This document shows, one piece after another, positions 1-13,217 of a stretch of DNA of 64,000 bases (positions are counted from its first letter, which is position 1; each line of letters opens with the position of its first letter). The notes below the pieces were generated by a model. It saw only the letters and a program-made list of their open reading frames with translations. It did no database searches and was not told the DNA's origin. Made by a program: the position numbers and the translations under genes. Source of the stretch: the human T2T-CHM13v2.0 reference genome, Homo sapiens; assembly GCF_009914755.1 (NCBI RefSeq), contig NC_060932.1; one strand, written 5' to 3'.

Positions 1-20
1 GTGAGCCACTGCGCCCAGGC
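1..20 (-). mobile_element. Alu 5' end (element cut by window edge)
   Basis: gtgagccactgcgcccaggc is the reverse complement of the Alu 5' terminus. Confidence 0.7.
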
Positions 21-1029
21 TTGAAACATTTTAAAGACAAAAAAAATGTACAAATAATTTTATAAAACAGTCATATTCCCACAACCAGAATTAACAAAAT
101 ATTTTGCCACGTTGGTTTCTAGTCCTTTGGAAAGGACTCTGGCGAGGTAGAAGGATCCTTAAAACAACACAGTTGAAGCCTCTCCCACCCGGGGCGGCCA
201 GTTTGAGGTATTTGGTTTGTATTTTTATATGACTGTTTTTTAAGTTTCACATACCCGTATATTTGCATTTATCCATGACATAAACCTGTCTTTTGAGCAT
301 GTTACTGATGTGACGGGCACTGACCTGCATTGACGACTCTGCTCCTTCCTCTTCTCACAGTGCCGGTTATCCCAAAATCCATCTGGTCTGTTTCATTCTA
401 CTAGTTTTTGGCTGTTCACACCTAGGCTTCTATTTATCTAAAGTATCCTTTTGAGGGTGGAATGAGGCAGGAACCCTGTTCCCCAGATGAAAGCCCAGTC
501 CCTGGGCTGTGTGCTGAGTGCCTTGTTCCCAAACTTAGGAAGCTGTCTCCATCGGGTCACAGACTCCCACGAGACTCTGTCTCTGAGCTCTGCCCTTTTC
601 TGCCAATCTATTAACGCCACACTGTTTTCATTACCATATCTTTGTATATATTTGCTTTCTCTTCCAATTTGGCTTTTTTTTTCCAAAAAAAATGTTTTAA
701 CTGTTTTTTCTCCTCAAACCTTTTAAACGTTATGTTATTTTTAAAAATGTTAAAAAAACAAAAGTAGATGGGAAAGGAGAGTGAGTTTCTATGTGTCTGT
801 CCTCAGCATCAAAAAATCACCAAATCAGGCCCAATTTCATTGCCTCTGCTCCCCCACCAGCCTCTCCTCCTCCCCCAGACTCTTTTAAAACCAATTACAG
901 GCACTACACCATGTCATCTGTGAGCATTTCTGAAGGTATTTATTCACATATATTCTTCCATATGTGCTCTGGAATCAGTTTGTTAAAGTCCCCATATATT
1001 TTGACAAATCTTGATGGAATGTTCACTGA

Positions 1030-1550
1030 ATGCTAAGATGTTGGAGAATTTACTGTTATCCAAATACTCCTGTCCAAAACACTGGTGCTTCTCCTCCTCA
1101 AATTCTTCCTTCGGGCCTTTCAATAACATGTTTGTAGTTCTCTCCAGGAAGGTCTTGCACATATTTTTGGATTTTGCTCAACCCTGACTGTCATAGATTT
1201 TACTGTGGCCATGAATGGCCCACGTTTAGGGTTCTATTCCCCATCTGGTGACTGCCAGAGTAAATAAATGCTAAGAACTCCCAGTACGGCTCTTGTTCTC
1301 TGCAATCTTGCCGAACTCTTGTATTGATGTCTGTAATTTATTCAAAGATTCCCTTGAATTCTATATGTATAGAATCATAGCATCTGCAAGAAAGTCAATC
1401 TTTTGCTTTACTTTTTTATTCTTATAGTTATTCGGGTTTTTTGTTTGTTTGTTTGTTTGTAATTTTGAATTGTATTGCAATGGCTTGGGATTTCAATGTG
1501 TTGCTGAATAAGAGCAGTGATAATTGGCAGCATTGTCGTGTTCTTGATAG
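1030..1550 (-). mobile_element. Old L1 (L1M-type) ORF2 fragments
   Basis: Degenerate antisense L1-like text (aatcatagcatctgcaa; ttgctgaataagagcagtgata...cattgtcgtgttcttga). Confidence 0.5.
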
Positions 1551-1610
1551 TTATGGGCAGTGTATGCTTTCCATCTGCCTAACGTCTTTTTCCTGCCTGA
1601 GTGTTTGATT

Positions 1611-1720
1611 TTTCCTGGTGTCTCTGCGTAGCCGTGTGCGGTTCCTGGCTGGTGTCGTTCCTCTGTTTCCTGGTGTCTCTGCGTAGCCCTGTGCTGTTCC
1701 TGGCTGGTGTCGTTCCTCTG
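1611..1720. repeat. Tandem duplication, 2 x 55 bp
   Basis: tttcctggtgtctctgcgtagcc... starts at 1611 and at 1666, with 2 mismatches. Confidence 0.9.
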
Positions 1721-3930
1721 GGGAAGGAGGCAGATCTGCTGAACCAGCTACATCCCTAGGCCCGGCAGGAGGCAGGGCGAGGGAGTGAGCTGTGGAAAGA
1801 ACACATCGACCTGGGCTTGCTCCCCTGAACACCTTCAACACTCTTACCCTCCTCTATCACTTCATTCTCCTCTTCTCAGCTTTCCTGGGTCACCAATGGG
1901 TGGAGGCGGCCTCTCGCTCCTGTCCACCTCATCACAGACCGAAACCCTGATCACGAACAACGGAAACTGTTGATGGACTCAGGCGCATTCTCGCCTCCCG
2001 CATCTCCATTCCTCCTTCCCAGTGGCCCTCAGCTGCGGTGCCCATCTGCACCCAACACTGGGGCAGAACCTGGCTTTGGGGCAAGAAGTACTCCACAGAG
2101 TAGGTCAATGGGGTGGGACATTCAGGCAGAGTGACACACGGGTTTGCCCCAAACTTCACCTCTGGTAGGGGGTCTCCTGGGAATCCCACTAAGGTTGGGC
2201 CTGGCAGGGATCGGGCAGCAGGACTCTGCCCTGGCTGGGCCTGTTTCTGTCCATCTGCTCTTTCCCTTCCCTGCCTGGCTCATTGCCAAGTCTGTGGACA
2301 TGAGATGCGCCAGGGACAGAGAGCTTGGGCGTGGGGGGGCCTGTGACCCTGGGGTCTTAGGGAGCCTGCTTGGGTCACACCGTATCTCCTCTCTGCCCTG
2401 CGCCTGGCACTGAGCTGCCTTTCAAGGCTGAAAATGTGGGCTCTGTTTTCCATCTGTCTGCATCATTTATGTTGAGATGCTCCCAGTCGTCTGATTTTCC
2501 GTGTTATCACCTCAGGACATTTAAACAATTAACGGTTTAGCAGCAGGAAGATAACTGCCACATACACAGTCAGTGTCCTGGTTAGAAAACAAGCAATCAG
2601 AGAAAATATGTTTTGAAAAGAATTAGTGGGCGGGCTGAGCTTCCTATCTTTCACCTGGTAGATTAATGATTGTATGTCAACACAGCGACAGGCTAACATT
2701 TTCAAATAGAAAGACATGTGATTAAATCTCTCTTTTGATGTGTTCTGCAAATTGCTTCTCTAAGCTCTGCTTCCAAAGGGCGGCTCTCCAATTAGAGTCA
2801 GATTATTATTACGGGTTAGCGATCACTCCTGCTCCCATAGCTGACTCATTCTTTAACATGCTAATTAGCAAATACATCCAGTGCCTTGCATCATATTTGA
2901 CCTTCAGCGTTCTTTTCTAACTGGAATCATTTCATGCCATTCCGATGAAATGGAGACATTGTTCTGAGGTTTCTGACCCCTCCCTCCTAAGGGCCCCGTG
3001 ATCTGCCACGAAGCCTGGGAAGATCAGCCACGCACACACCCCTCTCCGGATCATTCTTTTCCAGAGGTCAATGACTTAATAAGTTCACTTTCGTTCAGCA
3101 AGTTTACCGTTGCTCCTCTTAAAGTGATAGCTTGTGTATTCATGACAATTTGGTATTGTTACTGAAGTGGACCTCACACTGGGGTCAAGAATTCCTAAAT
3201 TGCTACCTAATGGTCACTGTGAAGAGAGGATGCTGTACCGACCACGTCTGCATCCCACGGGGTCTGGAGAGGACCAGAGGCCTGGGCCCCACCAGGTCAC
3301 AGAGTTGGTCATGAATTCCCCTTCTCCTTTCTCTCCTTACTTCACGGAGGTATATTCTTTCTAAAAAGATTAAACAGCATCATATAAAATGGATATACCT
3401 GCTTCTCACTCTTTCAGCTGCCAGAGGCTCCAAGGCCCTTGGTCCTGGCTAGGCCCCTCCATGGTCACAGCAGTGATGGCCTCGTCCTTCCCACACGAGG
3501 ACCCCAAGGGTAACCCTGCGTAACTCCCACCCAAGGGCCCTGCCGGGAGCCTGAGTCCACCTGCAGCTGGGTGTCCTTTCCCCCATGCCCAACACACTCA
3601 GTCTCTGGGGATCAGGGTTTGTGCATCTCTGGGTGGCTGCTCCACCAGCCCCAGCAGGGCGCCGTGGGCGCGTGGGTCCTGTGCCAGCATCTGCCTGGCT
3701 GTCACCATGGGCATCTGCCTGAAGGCAGTAGTTCCCCGCCTTCCCGCCTGCTGTGAATCTCGTTTCTGCTCCGTGGTTTCTGCCTGGCTCCCACGGAAAA
3801 GATCGTCGCATTCTCTGCTTCTCTCCACTGTCTGCCCGGCTCCTGTAACCACGGCCATTTCTGTCAAGTGCCTCTCAACCTCAGAGTTCATGCAATGCTT
3901 GAGGTGAACAAAAAGCCCAGGCCTCTCCAT

Positions 3931-4020
3931 CTGGAGCAGGTTTGCAGATTCTCATAGCCCCCATAATTGTCGCTCTGGAGCGGGTTTGCAGACTCTCATA
4001 GCCCCCATACTTGTCGCTCT
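3931..4020. repeat. Tandem duplication, 2 x 44 bp
   Basis: ctggagc(a/g)ggtttgcaga...ttgtcgct starts at 3931 and at 3975. Confidence 0.9.
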
Positions 4021-4399
4021 CAGCAGCTATCTCAGAACCTGTTATTTATTAGCCAAGTGATGTGATTGTTCTCTCTTCTCATTAGATCATGACCTCTATG
4101 GGGACACGAACCTGTTTATTCCCACACTGAGGCTTCAACCCAGGGCCTACGCTTAGGAAATACTTGACATTTGTTGAGTTTGTGAGCAGACGAACACAAC
4201 CCCCATTAAATGAAGCTGAGTGAAGTGGAGGCTTAGAGGAGATGGTGACAGCAGGAGATGCAGCCGTGGGAGCAGATTCTCCCTGTCAGTGACGTCACCA
4301 GTGCAGCAGCTGACCAGCGGCTGACTGTGGGTGGGAGTCAATCGGGCAGCTTCTGTCTGTCCCTCTGCAGAGATAGCTCACGGTGCAGATGTGCAGCGA

Positions 4400-4520
4400 G
4401 CAGGTCTGGCTCTCCTGCAGGCCAATCCTCACCCACCTGTGCCTCAGTTTCCTCTTTTGTAAAACAGGGACAAGGCAGTCCTCCTCTCGTAGCAATGTGG
4501 GGGTGGCTGAGGGAGCTGTG
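4400..4520 (+). mobile_element. MIR fragment
   Basis: MIR core ctgtgcctcagtttcctc-t-tgtaaaa-aggg. Confidence 0.55.
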
Positions 4521-6511
4521 AGCATTTGTCCCTGGACCTAGGACAGGGTCTGGTGCGCCCTTTGAGACTGGGCCACCCTTTGAGCTCCTGCACTCCAGTG
4601 ACTCCAGCAGCATCAACTGTGCTCCACTCACACGAAGATGCTCTCGACTGTAGACACACCACTGCGTTCATGGAACCAAGAGAGGAAAAACACTTCCAAT
4701 TAAACTATGACAAGCCATGTAACTAAGATACATTCTGATTCCTGAAATGTGAGGCTGTGAACACCATGTGTGCCCCAGCATCTCTAAGACACCAGTGTCC
4801 CAAGGGAAGACACTGAGGACCATGGGGGGGCAGTGTCCAGCGGGGCATGATGGCTGAGCGGGCTGCTGGGGGCCAGCTGCCAAGCCAGGTGGGCTAGAGC
4901 CCGGGTCCCATACCATCTCCCCACCCAGGAGCTGGCGGAATGCGTCTTCACGTTGTTTTTGCTGTGGCTCCTGACTCTGCCAGCATGAAACACATTTATC
5001 TCAAAATTTCTCACGAACACATACTTGATATTATTGTTCTCAGAATATTTACTGGGAAAGGGCATAAGGACAAAAAGGCACTTTGTTTAGTAACATTTTA
5101 CTGAATTTGTATTTAATTCATCACAAAAGCATCTGAGCACCTTGGTGGACCCAAAACCACACCTGGAGACATGTCAGTCTCAGACCACAGTTGCTAGAAG
5201 GGCCCTTATGACAACTCAGCATGTTCCCAGGGGTCCCAAGACCACAGCCTGGGACTCTGCACTCCAAAATGAGGTTTACAGCCCTTAGTCAGGTCTGCAA
5301 GTTCTTAGCTTCTCGAGCAGCCTCCAAGATGGGAGCTCATTTAGAGCGGCCCCATACCCCCTTGAGCACCCCAACTCTGAGCCTCCCCAGCAGCCAGGTG
5401 TTGTCCTGCTGTGCAAAAACCCCTGATTGTTTTTAAGCTGGTGTCGACATGCTTCCCTGTCATTGACCCTCATTGTGCCTGCAAATCTGTGCTACACAAT
5501 TCAGTTGTATGTTGTGGGATTCACTAAGAACCCTGCTGCAAGGTGGGTTGTTGCCCCCGAGGCACCTTCTTCAGAAGCCTGGATTTCTATCTATTAGTTC
5601 GTCTTCAAGGGTGGAATGGCTGCATGCATTTCCCACCCGTGCACCCTGCCCACGGTAGATCAGAAGGAAGATTAGTAGGAAGGAGTGTGCAGCAAAAGAA
5701 ATGTTTTTTCCTAATCTCTAAGCAGACTATACAGACTGTCCCAGCCTTATCTCAGAGCCAGTAATGAATTAATCAAAACGCACAGAGCTGCTTCTGCAGG
5801 CGAGATGAGCACTGCTAAGAAGCTGCTGATAACATCCTTCAGGTGATCCTCTTTTTTTAAAAAAACATATATTTTGTCTCTATTGGATTATTTTGCTTCT
5901 CTCAGGGACATTGCAGCGGTTTATGCCCAGATCAGCATGAGCATGCCCAGATGCTCCAGGGTCCAGCACAATGACCACACCCAGCCCCTCTGTTACCTGC
6001 GGTGAGCACTGGTGAAGGGGAATGAGGAAGGCCCTGCTGCAGGGTGGGCAGTGTGGAGGGAGGGACTCGAAGGGGCCATGGGTCTGCTTTCTCGGGGAGG
6101 GACCATGGGTGCAGGCGACAGACACACCTGAGCACTTGCGGAATCATCTTCCTGACTTCTCGGCTCCGGGCTCCAGGGTCCAGTCCAGCTCCCATCCACA
6201 CGGAAGGAAAAGGATGAACAAACTGAAAATCAACAACTCTTCTTCATCCGTCAGAGAACTGAGTTACCAGGCAAAGCACGGCCCCCAAATCTGGAGACAC
6301 AGACAAGCGGGTTCCAAGAACCTCAGCTGACAGGAGCAGAACCTCTGCGGGGCCAATGCCACGGACTTGAGCTGCCCCTCATGAATTTCTGGAGATGCCA
6401 CCTGGACAAGTGAGAGAAAAACTCCAGGGGAACCCAGTCATGGGGGACCTGCGCTTGGTGAATTTTACCTCCGAGAGCTCGACCAGGTTCCCACATTAGA
6501 GAGGAAAAATC

Positions 6512-6791
6512 AGCCGGGCGCGGTGGCTCACGCCTGTAATCCCAGCACTTTGAGAGGCCGAGGTGGGCCAGTTGCCTGAGCTCAGGAGTTCGAGTCCACC
6601 CTGGGCAACATGGTGAAACCTCGTCTCTACTAAAATACAAAAAATTAGCCAGGCGTGGTGGTGCGCGCCTATAGTCCCAGCTACTCAGGAGGCTGAGGCA
6701 GGAGAATCGCTTGAACCCAAAGGCAGAGGTTTCAGTGAGCCAAGATCGCGCCACTGCACTCCAGCCTGGGTGACAGAGGGAGATCCTGTCT

Positions 6792-6832
<41 letters not shown>
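6512..6832 (+). mobile_element. Full-length Alu (older S/J-type) with 40-nt pure poly(A)
   Basis: Both arms present, A-run 6793-6832, TSD agagaggaaa(a/t)atc at 6498-6511 and 6836-6849. Confidence 0.97.
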
Positions 6833-6835
<3 letters not shown>

Positions 6836-8534
6836 AGAGAGGAAATATCCCCTCTTACTTACAGCCTACCTGGAGGTTGGCAGACATCCGAGTATGTCAC
6901 ACTTTCCTCCTCCTGTGCTGTATTCATTCCACAAATGTTTATGGCATATTGACCACACCCAGACCCTCTGTTACATCCTCTGTGGGAGGTCAAATACATG
7001 AAAATGACTTGGTGCTGTCTTCAGAGGCTGCAGTTCAGCCCAGCCACGTGAGGCCACCATCAAGACCGCCTTTCACCCAGAGCCCCTCAGGACTAGTATG
7101 GAGATTTGGGGAGTCTGAGTCTGCCCAGATTCTCTGATTTGAATAGAGCAATAACACTTTATTTGCTTTACATGTTAACTGAAAGCCCAGTCAGTCACTG
7201 GAACAAAGAGTTTGAGCGTTTCAAAGTCAGGTAGGAATGCACTGATCTGTAGCAAGGTTCCAAGCCTGTCTACCCAGGATCAGCTGGAAAGATGTTTGAT
7301 AACGGAGGGTGCAGGTTTTACCACCATTAAAATGAACGACACCTGGTGGAGGTACATTCCAGGGCTTTAGCAAGCTCCGCAGGTGAGCCTGGGTGCACAG
7401 CCTGGCAGACTTGGGAGCCGTGTGTCTAGACCCAGGGTGAAGGCGGTGCTGTGCATTAGGGCAACAAGCTGCTTGTTTATGCCCAGAGCTCACCCCAGAA
7501 AATCTGTGTAGGCATGACGGGGCTTGAGCATCCATATTTGACATAAACAGTACAATACTGCAGGTGACTCTAGTGCAAGCAGCTGGGGACCACAGGTGGA
7601 GAAGCATGGTGCAGAAGACCCTGAAATACAGGAACACAGCGCCAGCACATGTGCCGTGCTGGAGTTCTGCAAATGATGGCTTCAGCTCCACAGATGGTGG
7701 TTTCCCTTATAACAATTTGAGGCTTAAAAATAGGGCTTCACTTAAAAAGAACAGTGGATATTTCTGCGTGGTGGAATGATGAGTGGTTTGTAAATGTGTC
7801 TTCCTTATGTTTGTCTGAACCTTCTGGGTTTTTTTCTATCTTTATCCATTTATTGATGCAATAAATCTTAAGCATATAGTATATGCCACCTACTACATTG
7901 TTTCAGCAAAATGATAATAATTAATAATGTAATAATATACTAATTAATATAGGAGTACAACTAAGAAATCTGCTTTCTAAGCAATAATTTTAGAGAGGCA
8001 TTTTTATCCTCCATAGTTTGGTTCTTGGCCTCCTCATTCATAGAAATCACATTATATACACTTCCGAGGAGCTTGTCAAAGCCTATTTAATCAATACCAA
8101 GCTGACATATTTTATTTGCTCCCTTCAAGTTGACCCATCTATTTTATAAATGTGCGGGGTGAGGCTTCCTCTTCTTCAGGTTCCTTTCCTGTATCTTTTT
8201 ATTTTCTGCAACCTCTTATATTGTTCATAACCACATTTCTCTTATGAGTCATCTTCCCTGCTTTGAATCTCTAGTTAATACAGGAAAAGCTTCACACAAA
8301 GTACTGACAATGGTAGCAAATCAGTATCTTAATGTTCTATAGCTATATTAAACAAGCAAGGAGACTGTCAAACTTTAGTAAGTAAAAGAGCAACAGAATC
8401 TGCACATGTCCATTTACCAACCTTCTTCGTGCGTTCTTTCAGATACACCGTGTAATGAATAGACTCTTCTGGCCTAGAACAATAACATCCACAGATAAGA
8501 CTGCTTATAGGAGAAATGTGTTCTGTAATTTGTC

Positions 8535-8820
8535 CATTCATTCATTTATTCACCAAGTATTTGTTTAGTGTCTGCTATGTGCCTGGACCTTGGACGCAAC
8601 GGTGGACAAAAGAGACAAAAATTTCTGCCCTGGTGAAGCTTATGTCCTGCGGGTAGAGACAGAGAGAATAAATAGGTAGAAGACACAGTATGTTAAAAGG
8701 TGGAGAAATAAGCCCGTGTGAGGGGTCCCTGAGTGTGCGGAGTGGCAGCTGTAACTGAAATAGTAAGGGTAGAGCTAATAAGAAGTGGCTTTTGAGCAAA
8801 GCCTTGACAAGGTGAGGAAC
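8535..8820 (-). mobile_element. L2 3' end fragment
   Basis: cattcattcatttattcaccaagtatttg...tgctatgtgcc is typical of the reversed L2 3' end. Confidence 0.7.
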
Positions 8821-11344
8821 CACTCACACTGTAAAAGACACCTGCAGGTCAAGGTGTCCTCAGGTTGAGAAGTGCCTCATCTCATGCCAACTTTTCAGCT
8901 TAAAAGATACAGTTTTTGTATGATACTGCACAGATACTGTCTTACTGGGCAATTTTCCTTCCATCTCAGGATAATAAAAGGTAAAACCAGAGGGCACTTC
9001 ACACATCACAGCAAGAATCACAGTAAATATGTGTTTCCTTCTTATAAGTGCTCTTTTAAAGTTTGATAGCTCAACAAGTATTGTAGACTGTACAGTTGTC
9101 CTTCAGTGGAAGGAGAAACATCTACACAAAGTATGTCATTTATTTTCTTCTCAGGCTCTTTCTTTAAAATACCTGCCGTTTGCCATGGACCTCTAAGACT
9201 GTCTGGCTCATAATGTTAGCAAAATCTTTTCTATTAGTGTAATTTGCTCCCGGTAGGGCAAAAAAATCTCGAAATAATAATATTCTTACGTTTCTTTCCT
9301 CTACTTCCTTCTGCATGACTTTGCACTCACTAGTTGACTACAGCATCCACATTGCCTTGAAAAGAAGTAGGATTTTTTTTTTTAGCTGAAATGAAAAGTG
9401 GAAGAAGTAAATTTTCCTTTTTTTTCTTCCCAAACAGGAACAGTTCAACATGAGGAAGCAGAATCAATGCACAGAAATTAAGCTAATGTCTTCAGTCTTT
9501 GCAACACCACTTGAGCAGCTTGACCAAGTCACTCATGCCTAGTGGCCCCGTTAGTTGCTCTTCTCCCATCAGTGAGCCCTGGAATTTCCATCAGTAGCTG
9601 CCTATGCATTACTCATGGATCAGAGAGCAGAAAGACACCAGACCTTGCCAAGTCCCACCTAGGTAGCTACACAGGGAGCCCTGTATTGACCATGGCCCAG
9701 AACATGTGCAAGCGCCTTCCCATATGAGAGGGAGGGGCATTGGATTAAGAACCTGGTGACTCAGAAGGAAATATCCCCACCAGTGCTTTGGTGGGACTAG
9801 AAAATGGAGCCCACTCCTGACACCAGGAAGTGCTCATCTGGAGTTTAATTGAAGACAAAAACCCCAATGTTGGTGCCCAAATGTCTCTGCCTTTTGAAAT
9901 TATCATGTAAATTCACTGATAATTGTCTTAGATTCATGTGGAGACATTAGTATTAACTGTTATTCATCCCTTTAAGGTCATCTTTAGAAGACCCTACATT
10001 GTGTTCTAATTGCTCAGCAGGGCTCCCTCCCAGAAGTTTAGACAACAAACTTATGCACATGTGGACTGCACCATCAGTGCCCTGGTTATGTTGGAGTAAA
10101 AGTATAGAGAATTTTTAGGAAAACAGGCAGAAGTGTAGGTATTTTTGCTATTCTTTGCTTCACCTATCCACGGAGGTGGATAAAGACATCTGGGAAGGGG
10201 AAAATGTGGGCTAGCAAATAGAGAAGAGGCTGCTACTAGGCTGGGAAGTGCCTCCCTCATTTACGACTAGCCAGAGACACTGAACTTGGCTGTCCAGGCA
10301 AGCTTGGGTTCTGGGATATACCGAAATAAACCTTGGCCTTTATACAGACTTATTCCTCAAGCCAAGTTGTTTCACCAACTTGGTTCTGAAGATCCAGACC
10401 CCAGCTGGCATGAATCCATCCCCCTTTCCATCTTGCCATCTTCAGCCCTCCCGGTGGAGCGGAGGTTCTCACCTAAATAGAGAAGCTAAATTTCTACCTT
10501 CTGATTTTACCTTTTCCATGTGTGCATCAGGCACTTTCTCCAAAAGATAAGAATCATTTGTGTTGACATCTTCACTTATTCAGTTCCACCTTCTCTTCTA
10601 ACTTAGTAAGAATTTCTGCTAGTTAAATTGGCTTTAATTTCTTTTGCTCCCAGAAGTTATTGGAAGAATGCTCATTAACCATTTCATCATATTATTTCTA
10701 TAACCCAAATTAATTTTCCAGAACATGCAGCATATCACCGTAATGAGTTGCTATGACCAGTTGCATTAGAAAATATTGCCTTTCTATTTTTTCTGTATTT
10801 TTAAATTCAATCAAACAGGAATAAACTTCTGCTGACGAAACTGCTTGGAAAAACCCATGCTGTTTAACATGCACTTTCACTACCTTCAGTTTACTGGCTT
10901 CTTTGCTGAAACCCTGGGACCAACCATCTGTGGCCGGTTGTCATCATTTGTACAACCAGTGGCCCTAACTGGAAACTTGGAAAATTCCCACTCCTGGACA
11001 ATCTGGCACATGGAAACATTCTTCTCAAGATGTGCTAGAATTAAGACTCATTAACGAACAGAAAGCACCAACAGCTCTCATAGTTTACAATAGGCACAGG
11101 CCCAGTGGGGTGCTGGAGGTGGCTGGAATCGGCTTGGGGGAGTGGACCAAGTGCACCCCTTCCCGCCTCCTCATTCATTGTTGTCTCATGGGCAGTGTGA
11201 AATTAGCCATGGTTGGAGTCTATACATAACAGAAATTCGCAAGTGCTACAAGTAAGGGCTTCCTCGCACTCCTGCCCCTCTTCAGAAGAGCTGGGTTTTC
11301 AGCTCACCCGGACATAATGCACTTGGCTACCTGGGCCATGGCCA

Positions 11345-11510
11345 GGGTATGAATGTTTGGTTCCCCCGCAAGATTCCTGTGCTGAAATCCTAATCCCCGT
11401 GTGATGGTGTTAGGAGGCAGGGTCTTTGGGAGGTGATGAGGTCACGGAGGGGAGCTCTTGTAAATGGGATTAGTGTCCTTAGAAGGAGACCCCAGAGAGC
11501 TGCCTCTCCC
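11345..11510 (+). mobile_element. MaLR LTR fragment (MLT1A/MST-like)
   Basis: tgaatgtttggttcccc...tgaaatcctaatcccc-gtgtgatggtgttaggagg...gggattagtgtcctta. Confidence 0.75.
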
Positions 11511-12830
11511 CTCCAGTCACGGTGGGCAGGAGATCAGGGTGAGTGAAGTCAGAGGCTGTCTGAGGGCCAGCCCTGCCAGTGCTGAGAGGTCCTGCTGCCT
11601 GGACACCCAGCCACCAGTGGCCTCATATTTGGTGGACATAGGGAGAAGGCTGTAGGAATTCCAGGCTCAAATGACAACAGAGACAGACACCACCTGTTGT
11701 ACGAACAAATTGCAGCCAGGAGTTTGGTCCGGGTCTGAGTTCTGCCATCCCTGCTTGGGCTGTGTGTGTCTCATTGCTTGGATCTCGTGTAAGGCAACAG
11801 AGAAAAAAAAGGCCATGTCACCATGGAAATAATCATTAACACAATGAGCAAACACTGATACCACATCTGACTGACTTTGCGGCCTTGGCCCACTCCCGGC
11901 GTTTCAGCAAAAGTCGTGCCCTTTGGATTGCACATTTCCAGCTAGATGTGCAGCCCGTCTGTTGCACCTCTCTTTCCATTCCTTCTCCACAGTTAGAGGT
12001 GGACACTCAAGGCTCCAAAAAGTATAAGACTTCCATCTCAGCCTTCAGAGGGCTTTCAGTCTCCATGGGGAACTGAGTTTTTTATGTTTGTTTGTTTTGT
12101 TTTAAGTAGAGAGCAGGGCTGGGCTAAGATTTAAATAACTGAAACGAGTCATAAGGTGCTGAGTTTCCTGGAAGACAATCTAGGCAATACCGTCGTGGAC
12201 ACTGGAAAGGGCAAATATTTCATGACGAACACACCAAAAGCAATAGCAACAAAAGCAAAAATTGACAAACGGGACCTGATTAAACTTAAGAGCTTCTGCA
12301 CAGCAAAAGAAACTATCAGCAGAGAAAACAGATCATCTATGGAATGGGATAAAATATTTGCAAACTATGTATCTGACAAAGGTCTAATATCCAGCATCCA
12401 TAGGGAACTAAATTTACAAGAAAAAAACCAAACAGCCCCATTAAAAAGTGAACAAAGGACACGAACATACGCTTTTCAAAAGAAGACATACATGTGGCTA
12501 ACAAGCACATTTTAAAAAGTTCAATATCAATGATCATTAGAGAAATGCAAATTGAAACCATCATGAGATACCATCTCACACCAGTCGGAATAGCTATTAC
12601 TAAAAAGTCAAATAATAACAGATGCTGGCAAGGTTGCAGAGAAAAGGGAACACTTATATGCTGATGATAGGAGTGTAAATTAGTTCAACCACTGTGGAAA
12701 GCCGTATCGTGATTCCTCAGAGAGCTAAAAGAATTACCATTCCACTCAGCAATCCCGTTACCGGGTACATACACAGAGGAATAGAAATTGTTCTACAGTA
12801 AAGATGCATGCACGTGTTTGTTCATTGCAA

Positions 12831-12915
12831 TCCGCAGCTCACTGCACCCTCCGCCTCATGGGCTCAAGCAACACTCCCACCTCAGCCTCCTGAGTAGCCG
12901 GGACTATAAGCCTAC
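12831..12915 (-). mobile_element. Internal Alu fragment embedded in L1
   Basis: gctcactgcaccctccgcctcatgggctcaagc...cctcagcctcctgagtagccgggacta; no poly(A), no TSD seen. Confidence 0.8.
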
Positions 12916-13217
12916 ACTACTCTGTTCATAATAGCAAAGACAAGGAATCAATCTATTGCCCAAAAATGATAGACTGGATAAAAAAAAATAAGTGGTACGT
13001 ATACACCATGGAATACTATGCAGCCATAAAAAAGAATGAGATCCTGTTTTCTGCAGGAACATAGATGGGACTGGAGGCCATTATCCTCATATCCTAAATT
13101 ATGAGAACACATGGACACACAGAGGGGAACAACACATACTTGGGCCTACTTGAGGCTGGAGGGTGGGAGGAGGGAGAGGATCAGAAAGACTATCTCTTGG
13201 GTACTAGGCTAATACCT

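Noticed and set aside
2520-2950. TE-free segment rich in TAAT/ATTA motifs, possible enhancer
   Set aside because: Cannot be supported without conservation or chromatin data; such motifs are common by chance.
6323-6754. 143-aa minus-strand ORF
   Set aside because: Antisense Alu translation ([15 protein letters not shown]), a well-known artefact.
12156-12515. L1 ORF2-like peptides (also 52700-53212)
   Set aside because: Short, frameshifted fragments of 5'-truncated L1s; not autonomous elements.
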